Assembly: GCA_965197905.1 (NCBI GenBank)
Contig: CBDAOB010000003.1
Location: forward strand, 1,088,001-1,152,000
DNA from: Candidatus Latescibacterota bacterium
GTDB taxonomy: Bacteria > Latescibacterota > UBA2968 > UBA8231
Direction: 5' to 3'
DNA: 64,000 nt
The notes beneath the pieces are model-generated. The model saw only the letters and a list, made by a program, of their open reading frames with translations, had not been told where the DNA came from and did no database searches. Within the stretch, counting starts at the first letter, position 1. Every line of letters starts with the position of its first letter. The translations under genes and the position numbers were made by a program. Below are positions 27,650-37,322 of the stretch, piece by piece.

Positions 27650-30097
27650 ATGGCAGAGAACGCGCGTCTGGTAATCATCGGAGCCGGCATTGTCGGCTGC
27701 AGTGCGGCCTACCACCTCACACGTCTCGGCTGGCGCGACATCGTGGTGGTGGATCAGGGGCCTCTCTTCGCTACCGGAGGGTCCTCTTCTCACGCCCCGG
27801 GACTGGTCTTCCAGACCAACTTCAACCGCACCATGACCCACCTGTCGCGCAACACCGTGGATCTCTACAACCGGATCGAGCTGGACGATCAACCGGGCTT
27901 CTATCCGGTGGGCAGTCTTGAGATTGCGGTTACGCCGGAGCGTTGGACCGACCTGAAACGCAAACTGGGGGCTGCCAGGGCGTGGGGGTTGGAAGCCGAG
28001 CTGGTGACCCCGGAGAGAGTTGCTGAGCTGATTCCACTTATCGATCCAGCAACGATCCATGGCGCCTATCATGTGCCTAGCGACGGCATTGCCAAGGCCG
28101 TGCGGCTGTGCGAGGCGATGGCGAACGCCTCCGCGGGTGGAGCGCGCTTCCAGGGACGGACCGCGGTCACCGGGTTCGATTTCAGAATCGGAAGGGTAGG
28201 TGCGGTCCACACCACGGCCGGACCCATCCACACCGAACAGGTGCTTCTGTGCGCCGGCTTCTGGGGACCGCTCATCGGCCGAATGGTAGGGATCTCCATT
28301 CCATTGACACCGGCTCAGCACTTGTACGCGCTGACCAAACCCCTGCCGGAACTCGCCGGGGAAACGCGGGAAGTCATTCACCCGGTCCTGCGCCATCAGG
28401 ATCGCTCGATGTACTTTCGCCACCAGGAAGATCGGTACGGCTTAGGCAGCTATCGGCACGAACCGCTGCTGGTGGATCCAGATGAGATCGCGAGTCCGAA
28501 AGAGGCGGAGGTGATGCCCTCCATCATGCCGTTTACGCCCGAGCATTTCGAGCCGGCGCTTACCGCTACCAGAGAGCTGCTGCCGGCGGTGGGACGAGCT
28601 GAGTTGGACTACAAGATCAACGGCATCTTCTCCTTTACGCCGGACGGCCTACCGCTGGTCGGTGAGTCTCAGGAGATCCGCGGTTTCTGGGTCGCCGAGG
28701 CGGTCTGGGTTACCCATGGGGGTGGTGTCGGGCGCGCCGTGGCGGAGTGGATGGTCGACGGCACCCCGCGGATGGATCTCCACGAGATCGATCTGAATCG
28801 CTTCGGTCCCCACGCTCACAGCCGCGAATACGTTCGCGCCCGTGGGGCGCAACAGTATCGCGAGGTGTACGACATAATTCATCCGTTGCAACCGCTGCAG
28901 TACCCCCGCGACCTGCGGCTGAGTCCGTTTCACCAGCAACTCAAGCAGCTGGGGGCGATCTTCTTCGAAAACGCCGGGTGGGAGCGACCCCAGTGGTTCG
29001 CTTCAAACAGCGAACTATCGACAGATGAGACCTGGCCTGGCAGAGCAGGTTGGGCGGCGCAACATTGGTCGCCGCTTCAAGGGGCCGAGCACCACGCGGT
29101 TCGCCAAAGGGTCGGTCTGTTCGATCTCAGCCCCTTCACGAAGATCGAGGTCAGTGGTGATGCAGCGCTGTGGTACCTGGAACAGATATCCAGCAACAGG
29201 ATCGACCGGCCAGTGGGCACGATCGTCTACACCTCCATGCTCGACAGGCGAGGAGGAATCCAATGCGATCTAACGGTAACCCGCCTGGGCGCCGACCGAT
29301 TCCTGGTGCTCACCGGCGCCGGCACCGGCCCCCGCGACCTGGCCTGGATGCGCACCCACCTGCCATCTGATGGATCGGCGATCATCAATGACCTCACATC
29401 CACTTACTGCGGCATCGGTCTGTGGGGGCCCAAGGCGCGGGACGTATTGCAGCGGGTCACGTCACAGCCGGTTTCGAATGACGATTTTCCGTACTTCACC
29501 GCGAAGCAGTTGGAGATCGGTTTTGTGCCGGTCTGGGCGTTGCGACTTTCCTATGTCGGAGAATTGGGATGGGAGATCTACGCGGAGACCGAATATGCCG
29601 CGAAGCTGTGGGCCACCCTGTGGGAATCAGGAAATAATGACGGCATGATTCCATTTGGAGGCGCCGCCTTCGATTCGTTACGACTGGAGAAAGGATACCG
29701 ATTGTGGGGTGTGGATATGGACGCGGGACATACCCCGCTGGAGGCTGGCATAGGTTGGGCCGTAAGCTACGAAAAGGAGGCGTTTCTAGGGCGCGAGTCG
29801 TTGATGGCAGTGCGCGCCGAAGGGCCGAAACGTCGGCTTTCCTGTTTGGTTCTCGACGACCCCGGTGTTGCGGTTTTGGGCAAGGAACCCATCTGGGCAG
29901 GCAACCGGGTGGTTGGTTTTGTGACCAGCGCCAACTTCGGGTACACCGTCGGTGAATCGATCGCTTACGGGTACCTGCCCGTTGAGCTATCCGGACTTGG
30001 CACTGCCGTCGAGATAGAATATTTCGACGAGCGTTTCACAGCTTCCGTGGTCCGGGAGCCACGATTCGACCGTCGGCGAAAACGCCTTACCTGTTGA
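27650..30097 (+). CDS. Dimethylglycine oxidase/dehydrogenase-like GcvT-family flavoprotein
   Basis: IIGAGIVG, GGSSSHAPG (covalent-FAD His), FSFTPDG, AEAVWVTH, SLRLEKGYR folate-binding domain. Confidence 0.9.
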   Translation: MAENARLVIIGAGIVGCSAAYHLTRLGWRDIVVVDQGPLFATGGSSSHAPGLVFQTNFNRTMTHLSRNTVDLYNRIELDDQPGFYPVGSLEIAVTPERWTDLKRKLGAARAWGLEAELVTPERVAELIPLIDPATIHGAYHVPSDGIAKAVRLCEAMANASAGGARFQGRTAVTGFDFRIGRVGAVHTTAGPIHTEQVLLCAGFWGPLIGRMVGISIPLTPAQHLYALTKPLPELAGETREVIHPVLRHQDRSMYFRHQEDRYGLGSYRHEPLLVDPDEIASPKEAEVMPSIMPFTPEHFEPALTATRELLPAVGRAELDYKINGIFSFTPDGLPLVGESQEIRGFWVAEAVWVTHGGGVGRAVAEWMVDGTPRMDLHEIDLNRFGPHAHSREYVRARGAQQYREVYDIIHPLQPLQYPRDLRLSPFHQQLKQLGAIFFENAGWERPQWFASNSELSTDETWPGRAGWAAQHWSPLQGAEHHAVRQRVGLFDLSPFTKIEVSGDAALWYLEQISSNRIDRPVGTIVYTSMLDRRGGIQCDLTVTRLGADRFLVLTGAGTGPRDLAWMRTHLPSDGSAIINDLTSTYCGIGLWGPKARDVLQRVTSQPVSNDDFPYFTAKQLEIGFVPVWALRLSYVGELGWEIYAETEYAAKLWATLWESGNNDGMIPFGGAAFDSLRLEKGYRLWGVDMDAGHTPLEAGIGWAVSYEKEAFLGRESLMAVRAEGPKRRLSCLVLDDPGVAVLGKEPIWAGNRVVGFVTSANFGYTVGESIAYGYLPVELSGLGTAVEIEYFDERFTASVVREPRFDRRRKRLTC

Positions 30098-30287
30098 GAT
30101 CAACAGGGCTGCCGTGCGTATCGCGCACGAGCTGGAGTCGAAGACACCTGGCGGCCGGAATCATCTGTCTCACCTTGAAATACGAGGAGTATGTCGTGTA
30201 GGGGGGTTGTGTCGTATCTGGAATAGTGTATCCTTCACCCTTCTTTGTTTTCTCCGATGTCAACGAACACAACGATCGGAACGATAC

Positions 30288-31196
30288 ATGACCGGGCGCG
30301 GCGTACCCACGTCTTCACCCCCCACCAAGAACCAGAGAATCGACGTAATCAGTACCAAATCCTATTCCAGGATCGTGCGAACGGCGCAGGAGTATTACAA
30401 CAGCGACGACGCCGAGGCGTTCTACTCAACGATATGGGGCGGCGAGAACATCCACATCGGAATCTACGAGCAGGAATCCGATTCTGTCGCCGCCGCCAGC
30501 GAGCGGACGGTGGACAGCCTAGCGCGGCAGCTCGAGCCGTTGGACGCGGCGCATCGCGTGCTCGACCTGGGGTCTGGTTACGGAGGCACCGGGCGTTTCC
30601 TCGCGCGTCGCTACGGCTGTAACGTGTTGGGCGTGAATCTGAGCGAGGTGGAAAACAGGCGAGCCCGGAGTTTGAATTCGGAGCAAGGCCTGCAGAGCAA
30701 AGTCACTATCGTCGACGGCAACTTCGAGTCTGTGGATGCCCCCGACTGTAGCTTTGATGCTGTCTGCTCCCAAGATGCCATGCTGCACAGCGGCGAGCGT
30801 TCTGAGGTTGTTGCCGAAGCGGCGCGGGTGCTCAAACCCGGCGGTGTTTTCGCCTTTTGCGACATCATGCAAGCCGATACCTGTCCCGCCGGCGTGCTGC
30901 AGCCCATCCTCGATCGAATTTATCTGAGCTCCCTGGGAGCACCGGCCGCCTATCGCGAGGCCGCGGCCGCGTCCGGGCTAGTGGAAGACCGGTTCGAGGA
31001 CCTGACGCCACACCTGATCACCCACTTCGCGAGGATCCTGCACGAGACCGAGACTAAGGAAGGGCAGCTTCGGGGACGCGTCAGCAAGGATTACCTGCAG
31101 CACATGAACGAGGGATTGTCCCATTGGGTCGACGGGGGCCGCAAGAGGTACCTCGTTTGGGGGATCTTTACCTTTCGCAAAAACGGCGTCGCGTGA
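30288..31196 (+). CDS. Sarcosine/dimethylglycine N-methyltransferase (SDMT)
   Basis: YYNSDDA..FY..IWGGENIHIG, LDLGSGYGG, SQDAMLHS, PILDRI, GL.HWV. Confidence 0.85.
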   Translation: MTGRGVPTSSPPTKNQRIDVISTKSYSRIVRTAQEYYNSDDAEAFYSTIWGGENIHIGIYEQESDSVAAASERTVDSLARQLEPLDAAHRVLDLGSGYGGTGRFLARRYGCNVLGVNLSEVENRRARSLNSEQGLQSKVTIVDGNFESVDAPDCSFDAVCSQDAMLHSGERSEVVAEAARVLKPGGVFAFCDIMQADTCPAGVLQPILDRIYLSSLGAPAAYREAAAASGLVEDRFEDLTPHLITHFARILHETETKEGQLRGRVSKDYLQHMNEGLSHWVDGGRKRYLVWGIFTFRKNGVA

Positions 31197-32704
31197 GCCG
31201 AGACGGCGATACCCCATCGGGCGGATCACGTTTCGAAATTCACCCCACCGTATTCTGGGCCTCCTCCGGGTTAGCCGTCTTCTTCGCTGTCTTCAGCCTG
31301 TTGAACCTGAGCCAGATGACCAGCATCTTCGATGCGGTCCTCGGGTTCGTCACTGCGAGCGCCGGGTGGTTCTTCGTTCTTTGCGTCAACATCTATCTCG
31401 CCGTGGTTCTGTTCCTGCTGTTCAGCCGCCATGGTAAGATCCGGCTAGGTGGCGACGATGCCAGGCCCGACTTCACCTACTGGGGCTGGTTGTCGATGCT
31501 GTTCAGCGCCGGCATGGGCATTGGCCTGATGTTCTGGAGTGTGGCCGAGCCGATCTACCATTTCACCAGCCCGCCGTGGGGCGAACCGGAAACGGCGGAG
31601 GCAGCGAGCCTGGCCATGGGCATCACTTTCTTCCACTGGGGCTTCCATGCCTGGGGGCTCTATGGCCTGATGGCCCTGGCCCTGGCCTACTTCGCCTACA
31701 ACCGCGGCCTGCCGCTGACGGTGCGCTCCGCGTTTTATCCACTGCTGGGCGACCGGATCCACGGCCGGGCAGGGGACGTGATCGATACTCTGGCCACGCT
31801 GGCCACCCTTTTCGGATTGGCCACCTCCCTGGGGCTCGGAGCGCAGCAGGTAAACGCCGGCATCGCGCACCTGTTCGACATCCCCAAGTCGGTCACGATT
31901 CAAGTCATACTAATCGCCGCAATCACCGTCATGGCGACCATCTCAGTGGTACTCGGCGTCGATCGAGGAATCCGCCGACTGAGCCAGCTCAATGTCATCA
32001 TCGCCGGCCTGTTGCTGTTCTTCGTACTGATCGCCGGGCCGACGCGCTATCTACTCGATGCCCTGGTGCAGAACGTGGGGATCTACCTGAGGCACCTACC
32101 GCGTCTGAGCTTCTGGACAGAAACGTACCGACAGACCGATTGGCAGCATGGGTGGACGATCTTCTACTGGGCCTGGTGGATCGCCTGGTCCCCTTTCGTC
32201 GGCATTTTCGTGGCCCGCGTCTCCCGCGGGCGCACAGTGCGAGAGTTCGTCAGTGCCATCCTCATCGTACCGACACTGGCAACCTGCGTCTGGCTCACCG
32301 TCTTCGGAAACTCGGCCCTCTACGTAGAGCTGTTCGGACCAGGAGGAATCGCCACAGCGGTAAAGGAGGACGTCGCAGTGGCCCTCTTCGTCCTTTTGGA
32401 GCACTATCCGCTCTCCTCGATCACCTGCGGTCTGGCGGTGTGCATCGTCGTCACATTCTTCGTCACCTCGTCCGACTCAGCCTCGCTCGTAATCGACATA
32501 ATCACCTCCGGTGGTCATCTGAATCCGCCGAAGATCCAGCGCGTGTTCTGGGCATCGATGGAAGGTGTTGTCGCCGCGGTGCTGCTGATGGGAGGTGGAC
32601 TCCTGGCCCTCCAGACGGCTGTCGTCGCAACCGGTCTGCCGTTTGCCTTGGTACTTTTGTTGTTGAGCTTCAGCCTGATGCGTGGCTTCGAAGCGCGCGG
32701 CTAG
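31193..32704 (+). CDS. BCCT family betaine/choline/carnitine transporter
   Basis: MLFSAGMGIGL, FHWGFHAW, WTIFYWAWWIAWSPFVG, FFVTSSDS; GTGA overlap with SDMT. Confidence 0.95.
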   Translation: MSRDGDTPSGGSRFEIHPTVFWASSGLAVFFAVFSLLNLSQMTSIFDAVLGFVTASAGWFFVLCVNIYLAVVLFLLFSRHGKIRLGGDDARPDFTYWGWLSMLFSAGMGIGLMFWSVAEPIYHFTSPPWGEPETAEAASLAMGITFFHWGFHAWGLYGLMALALAYFAYNRGLPLTVRSAFYPLLGDRIHGRAGDVIDTLATLATLFGLATSLGLGAQQVNAGIAHLFDIPKSVTIQVILIAAITVMATISVVLGVDRGIRRLSQLNVIIAGLLLFFVLIAGPTRYLLDALVQNVGIYLRHLPRLSFWTETYRQTDWQHGWTIFYWAWWIAWSPFVGIFVARVSRGRTVREFVSAILIVPTLATCVWLTVFGNSALYVELFGPGGIATAVKEDVAVALFVLLEHYPLSSITCGLAVCIVVTFFVTSSDSASLVIDIITSGGHLNPPKIQRVFWASMEGVVAAVLLMGGGLLALQTAVVATGLPFALVLLLLSFSLMRGFEARG

Positions 32705-32899
32705 TCCGGCGGGCCGACGACCATTCACCGCAGTGTGCGATGGTTTGCCGGTTCTGCATGTGGACGAGGCCCCTATATCCCTGGAACAAGCAGCGCGGAG
32801 GCGTACAAAGAGATGCGCTGGTTAGATCGACGCCGAGGCCTGTGGCGCGCGCCGCGCCCACAGATCGGGGATCCACCGGGGTTGGTTCAGAGGCGCGAA

Positions 32900-33697
32900 T
32901 TACTCACTAACAGCAGCAGCTTCCCCCATTAGATAATCCCACGCCTCTTTCCGGATGCGGCCTTCCTTGTAGCGGTCGCTCTGTCCCACATCCACCGATC
33001 GTCCGAAGGTCAGGATGTTGTTCACGTCCTCGTTCTTGTCCCGAACGTTCCAGTCCAACGCCTGGTCCAGGCTGGCGGGATCGTGATTCCAGGTGGGTCC
33101 GGTGTTCGGCTGGGAGCGCCTAAACACGAACTTGATCATGTGGCGTTTGCGGTTCGACCTGTTGGCGGCGGTGCCGTGCCAGATGTCGTAGTGGGTAAAG
33201 GCGATGGTTCCGGCCTTGACCACCACGGGAATCTGGCCGCGAATATTCGTATAGCTGGCCATGCGGTCGGTGGGGGCATTGCGAAAATGCGTGCCGGGCA
33301 CGACCACCGTAGGTCCCATGTCCGTTGATACCGCAGTCGGGTAGTAGAGCCCCAAAAACTGCTCCATCAGCCTTTCCCGCGAGTTTGTCCCGTCCTGATG
33401 CCAGTGCATGTAGTCGGTGCCGGCCTGTTTGCAGTGCCAGTGCCGATGTCCCGAGACCTGGTAGCCAACCCCGGCCAAGCTGGTCATGATTCCGGTGACC
33501 TGGGGATGATCCAGAACCTGCCAGAGCTCCGGCACGGCCTCCGTTATGGCGTCACCCGGATTGCTCTCCAGCGCCTCCAGCTTGGCTTCGATGGTTTCGT
33601 TGAGACCCTCTGGCAGATCCAGCTGGGTCATGTGGTAGCCGTTGACCAGGAACTGTGCCATCTCCGCGTCACTGAGCAGGTAGTTGGTCTGAGTCAC
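32900..33697 (-). CDS. Phytanoyl-CoA dioxygenase (PhyH) family Fe(II)/2OG dioxygenase
   Basis: WHQD, GPTVVVPGTH, distal WHG, R..KF. Confidence 0.85.
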   Translation of the reverse strand: MTQTNYLLSDAEMAQFLVNGYHMTQLDLPEGLNETIEAKLEALESNPGDAITEAVPELWQVLDHPQVTGIMTSLAGVGYQVSGHRHWHCKQAGTDYMHWHQDGTNSRERLMEQFLGLYYPTAVSTDMGPTVVVPGTHFRNAPTDRMASYTNIRGQIPVVVKAGTIAFTHYDIWHGTAANRSNRKRHMIKFVFRRSQPNTGPTWNHDPASLDQALDWNVRDKNEDVNNILTFGRSVDVGQSDRYKEGRIRKEAWDYLMGEAAAVSE

Positions 33698-33987
33698 GAT
33701 ACGATCTCCATTTTCTGCAGGATGAATTCGTAGCCGATTACGTCCAGGTCGTGGTCTTCGATGGGCGCCTGGAGGTGGGGAAACTGCACGATCTGCCAGC
33801 CGTCGACGACGGCGTCGTGGACCGTTTCGTAGGGCCAGTCAGGTTCGTCGGCTATTATCTCCGATTTGAATCCTTTGACCGGCTCTATCTGGTTCATCGC
33901 CACTACCTCCGCGAGAACGCTTGGCTTGGTCGCGTGCAGATAGAGCAGGCGCTGCCTGGGCTGTGGATTGGTCTGATGGGCTTCCAT
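33694..33987 (-). CDS. Small hypothetical protein coupled to the PhyH gene
   Basis: ATG 33987 after a GAGGA RBS; 4-bp overlap with PhyH; PYETV.DA..DGW motif. Confidence 0.7.
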   Translation of the reverse strand: MEAHQTNPQPRQRLLYLHATKPSVLAEVVAMNQIEPVKGFKSEIIADEPDWPYETVHDAVVDGWQIVQFPHLQAPIEDHDLDVIGYEFILQKMEIVS

Positions 33988-34048
33988 GGTTTCCTCTAGT
34001 AGTTGGTTGCTAAGAGAAGATAGCTTGTGGGGAATTCGTTTCGCAAGT

Positions 34049-34179
34049 AGCGGGCAGGGCCAGACGGTCTCGCTCATTCTCACCCGCCATCCTGGCGGGC
34101 TGCGAGGCACTGCTCCCTGCGCCGCTGTCCTGCGGCTTAGTGAGCAGTGAATCCGCTGGACCATCCGGCCCTGCCCGCT
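34049..34179 (-). ncRNA. Candidate structured RNA or miniature inverted-repeat element (Y-shaped)
   Basis: 21-bp closing stem whose two mismatches are G.U pairs on the minus strand, plus internal hairpins. Confidence 0.45.
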
Positions 34180-34278
34180 CAAATAGCCCGCGGGTTACCC
34201 GTACTTTATCTTAGATCCCCTCTGCAACCGCCAGTTTCGAAAGTCCGTTCGCGTAGATTATAGGAGCCCCAGCATCTT

Positions 34279-34926
34279 ATGGACCGAGTCCGAGAGCTGT
34301 TGCGCAGAGACACACCGGTGAAGTGGCTGTTCTACGGTGACAGTATAACCCACGGAACGAGCCACACCTTCGGCTGGCGCGACTACGTGGAGTTGTTTTC
34401 CGAACGGGTCCGCGGCGAGCTTGGCCGCAGCATGGACATCGTCATCAACTCCGCCATCAGCGGCCACACGACCAGGCAGCTGCTGGAGGGGTATTCGTGG
34501 CGGGTGGAGCAGTTCCGTCCGGACGTCGTTTTCCTGATGATAGGAATGAACGACTGCAAGGACGAGCTGGAGATGTCGATCGATGAGTTCCGCGGGAATT
34601 TGGTGCAGCTTTACGAGCAGAACGCAGGACTGGGAGCGCTGACGGTTTTCCAGACAACCTGTCCGATCATTCCCGGTCTTGCACCGGAGCGGGAGCCGAC
34701 CTTTCCGTCATTCATGCAGACCATACGCGATGTTGCCGCCGCCCAGGAAGCGCCGCTAGTGGACCACATCAACCATTGGAAGCAGCGGGAAGAAAGTCAC
34801 CAACTCTGCATGAGCAACGCCTTCCACCCGAATGAGTTCGGGCATCGTGCTTTCGCCCACCTCATCTTTCAAGAGCTCGAGATCTTCCATCCCGAAAGCC
34901 GCTGTTGCCGGCTTCTCGTACCCTGA
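34279..34926 (+). CDS. SGNH/GDSL hydrolase
   Basis: GDSIT, NSAISG, GMND, FHPN..GH. Confidence 0.88.
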   Translation: MDRVRELLRRDTPVKWLFYGDSITHGTSHTFGWRDYVELFSERVRGELGRSMDIVINSAISGHTTRQLLEGYSWRVEQFRPDVVFLMIGMNDCKDELEMSIDEFRGNLVQLYEQNAGLGALTVFQTTCPIIPGLAPEREPTFPSFMQTIRDVAAAQEAPLVDHINHWKQREESHQLCMSNAFHPNEFGHRAFAHLIFQELEIFHPESRCCRLLVP

Positions 34927-34935
34927 GATCTCGCC

Positions 34936-36069
34936 GTGGCTCTCCTGACCCTCCTGTTCCTGGCTACCTGTTTTCTGGCTTACTCCAACGGCGCCAACGA
35001 CAACTCGAAGGGGGTGGCGACCCTCTTCGGTAGCGGAACCACCAATTACAAGGTTGCGATCGGGTGGGCAACGGGATCCACCTTCCTGGGGTCGATCTGC
35101 TCGATCTTCCTGGCGGCCATCCTGGTGAGCAATTTTTCCGGCAAAGGGCTGGTGCCGGATGCGGTTGCTGCCATGCCGCAGTTTCTGCTAGCCGTCGCTG
35201 TCGGCGCCGGTGTCACCGTTCTGTTGGCAACACTTCTCGGTTTTCCTATCTCCACCACGCACAGCCTGGTGGGAGCTCTTACAGGGGCTGGTTTCGTCGC
35301 CGCGGGAACCGCGCTCAACATCGGACACCTTGGCAATCGATTCTTCTTGCCGCTTCTGCTGAGTCCCCTCATCGCGGCGTTGCTAGCAACGCTCGCCTAC
35401 ATGGCGCTACGGGCAGTGCGCATCTGGACTGGCGTTACTAAAGAATGGTGTGTATGCATCGGCGGCGTCGAACAACCGCTGTCCGTGGCCCAATCCGGTG
35501 AGTCGCTGGCCTACACCTCGGCGCCTCAGCTTGGGGCGAGCGTCGACAGCGTCGCCAACTGTGAGCAGCGTTACGCGGGGCGTATGTTTGGCATCAACTG
35601 TCAGGCCCTACTGGACGGTGCCCACTTCGCCAGCGCTGGCGTCGTGAGTTTCGCCCGCGGTTTGAACGATACGCCGAAGATGGTGGGACTGCTGATGGTT
35701 ATTGAAGCGTTGGATATCGAACTGGGCATGCTGGCGGTGGCACTGGGCATCGCAGCAGGGGGACTAATCAATGCAAGGAAGGTGGCTGAGACCATCAGCC
35801 ACCGGATCACCAAACTCAATCACGGGCAGGGATTTACCGCCAATCTGGTAACCGGATTGCTGGTTGTGGCCGCCAGCAGATTCGGGCTACCCGTCTCCAC
35901 TACGCACGTATCGGTCGGCTCGCTGTTCGGCATAGGCCTGGTCACTCGAAACGCGGATGGGCGAGTCGTCGTCGGGATTCTGCTGTCATGGCTCTTGACC
36001 TTGCCGGTGGCAGCAGTCCTGGGCAGCGCAGCCTACTGGATCGTATCTACCTACTGCATGGAACCCTGA
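34936..36069 (+). CDS. Inorganic phosphate transporter (PiT) family protein
   Basis: NGANDN, GFPISTTH, RGLND, GLPVSTTH. Confidence 0.88.
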   Translation: MALLTLLFLATCFLAYSNGANDNSKGVATLFGSGTTNYKVAIGWATGSTFLGSICSIFLAAILVSNFSGKGLVPDAVAAMPQFLLAVAVGAGVTVLLATLLGFPISTTHSLVGALTGAGFVAAGTALNIGHLGNRFFLPLLLSPLIAALLATLAYMALRAVRIWTGVTKEWCVCIGGVEQPLSVAQSGESLAYTSAPQLGASVDSVANCEQRYAGRMFGINCQALLDGAHFASAGVVSFARGLNDTPKMVGLLMVIEALDIELGMLAVALGIAAGGLINARKVAETISHRITKLNHGQGFTANLVTGLLVVAASRFGLPVSTTHVSVGSLFGIGLVTRNADGRVVVGILLSWLLTLPVAAVLGSAAYWIVSTYCMEP

Positions 36070-36085
36070 TCAGAGAGGAAACATC

Positions 36086-36391
36086 ATGATCAACGTATTA
36101 GCATCGATTCACCTCAAGCCGGGAAAGCTGTCCGAGTTTCTGCCCATCTGCAAGGCCAACATCCCCAACGTGCGTCAGGAGAAGGGGTGTATCGAGTATG
36201 CGGCGACGCTTGATGTGGACGCCGGATTGGACCCCCAGGTCCTGGACGAGAACATGGTGACGGTAATAGAAAAATGGGAAAGTCTAGAGGCTCTAAACGA
36301 CCACCTGGCCGCGCCCCACATGTTGAGCTACCGGGAGCAGGTCAAGGACCTGGTGGAGACGGTGACGCTCAAGGTCCTGGAAGAGGCGTGA
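36086..36391 (+). CDS. Antibiotic biosynthesis monooxygenase / quinol monooxygenase (YgiN-like)
   Basis: EKGCIEY, EKWESLEALNDHLAAPHM. Confidence 0.85.
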   Translation: MINVLASIHLKPGKLSEFLPICKANIPNVRQEKGCIEYAATLDVDAGLDPQVLDENMVTVIEKWESLEALNDHLAAPHMLSYREQVKDLVETVTLKVLEEA

Positions 36392-36412
36392 TTATCTGCG
36401 AAGGATCTGATC

Positions 36413-37322
36413 ATGGATAAGGAACAACTGCGGGGGTACCTGGTCAGCGTACCCCTGCCGTGGGACGAGCATGGACAGCTCCTGGTCGACCCGTTCCGCG
36501 CCGCCACACGCAAGTTGCTCGAGGAGGGTGCGACGGTATCTACCTGTTCGGGACCAGCGGTGAGGGGTACGCCGTGTCGGACGACGAATTCAAGGTGATA
36601 TCGACCTCTTCGAGGTGGAGACCCAGGGATTCGACGGGTTCATCCAGGTCGGATGTTTCGGTATCAGCTCGGATCAGGTTAGGGTGCGCTGCGACATGGC
36701 GGCGGACCGGGGGATCACCGCGGTGCAGATTACCCTGCCGTTCTGGAAGGAGCTCAGCGATGGCGAGCTGATGCGCTATTTCGAGGATGTCTGCGGCAGC
36801 TTTCCGGAGCTGTCGTTTCTGCTCTACAACAACCCTCGCAACAAGAGGCGCCTGAACGGCCGTGAGCTGGCCCGCATCGCGTCGCAGGTTCCCAACCTCC
36901 ACGGTACCAAAACCGGCTCGGGATCGGAGATGGATTTCCATGAGCTTCTGACGGAGGCATCCACCTTGCGCCATTTCGTTACCGAGTCCGCCTTTCCATT
37001 TTGCCATCCGCTGGGCGCGGCCGGTCTCATCCCATCTTCGAATTACACCCGGCCCCGATTCAGTCGCAGCTACTACGAGGCCGTAACCGGTGGCGACGTG
37101 GCGCGCGCCCAGAAGCTTCACCGCAACATCATTCGTTTTTTCTACGAAACGGCGGTACCGCTGGTGAGAAAGGGTTATATCGACGGGGCCATCGACAAAG
37201 CCTACGCAAAGATAGGAGGAATGGACCTGCCCTTGTACATGAAATCACCCTACCTGGCGCTAACAGAGGAAGATTACCGCTGGCTCGAAGATCTGGTATC
37301 TGGTGAATTTCCCCAAGAGTGA
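36413..37322 (+). pseudogene. Dihydrodipicolinate synthase (DapA)/NAL-family lyase split by two frameshifts
   Basis: Three frames stitch together: MDKEQLRG..LLEEG / CDGIYLFGTSGEG..FKVI / DLFEVETQ..LLYNNP..GTK; apparent 1-nt deletions near 36527 and 36600. Confidence 0.8.

Noticed and set aside
27167..28423. 418-aa minus-strand ORF
   Set aside because: Antisense shadow of the dimethylglycine oxidase-like gene in GC-rich DNA
31576..32910. 444-aa plus-strand ORF
   Set aside because: Alternative frame inside the BCCT gene; Arg/Pro-rich with no motifs
34049..34179. Resemblance of GGCCGGAUGGUCCAGC and CCUCGC to the HDV ribozyme
   Set aside because: The P1/P3/P1.1 double pseudoknot cannot be formed; the long terminal stem explains the sequence better
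33988..34182. N-terminal extension of ORF 33694-34182
   Set aside because: Runs through the structured element; ATG 33987 has a clear RBS
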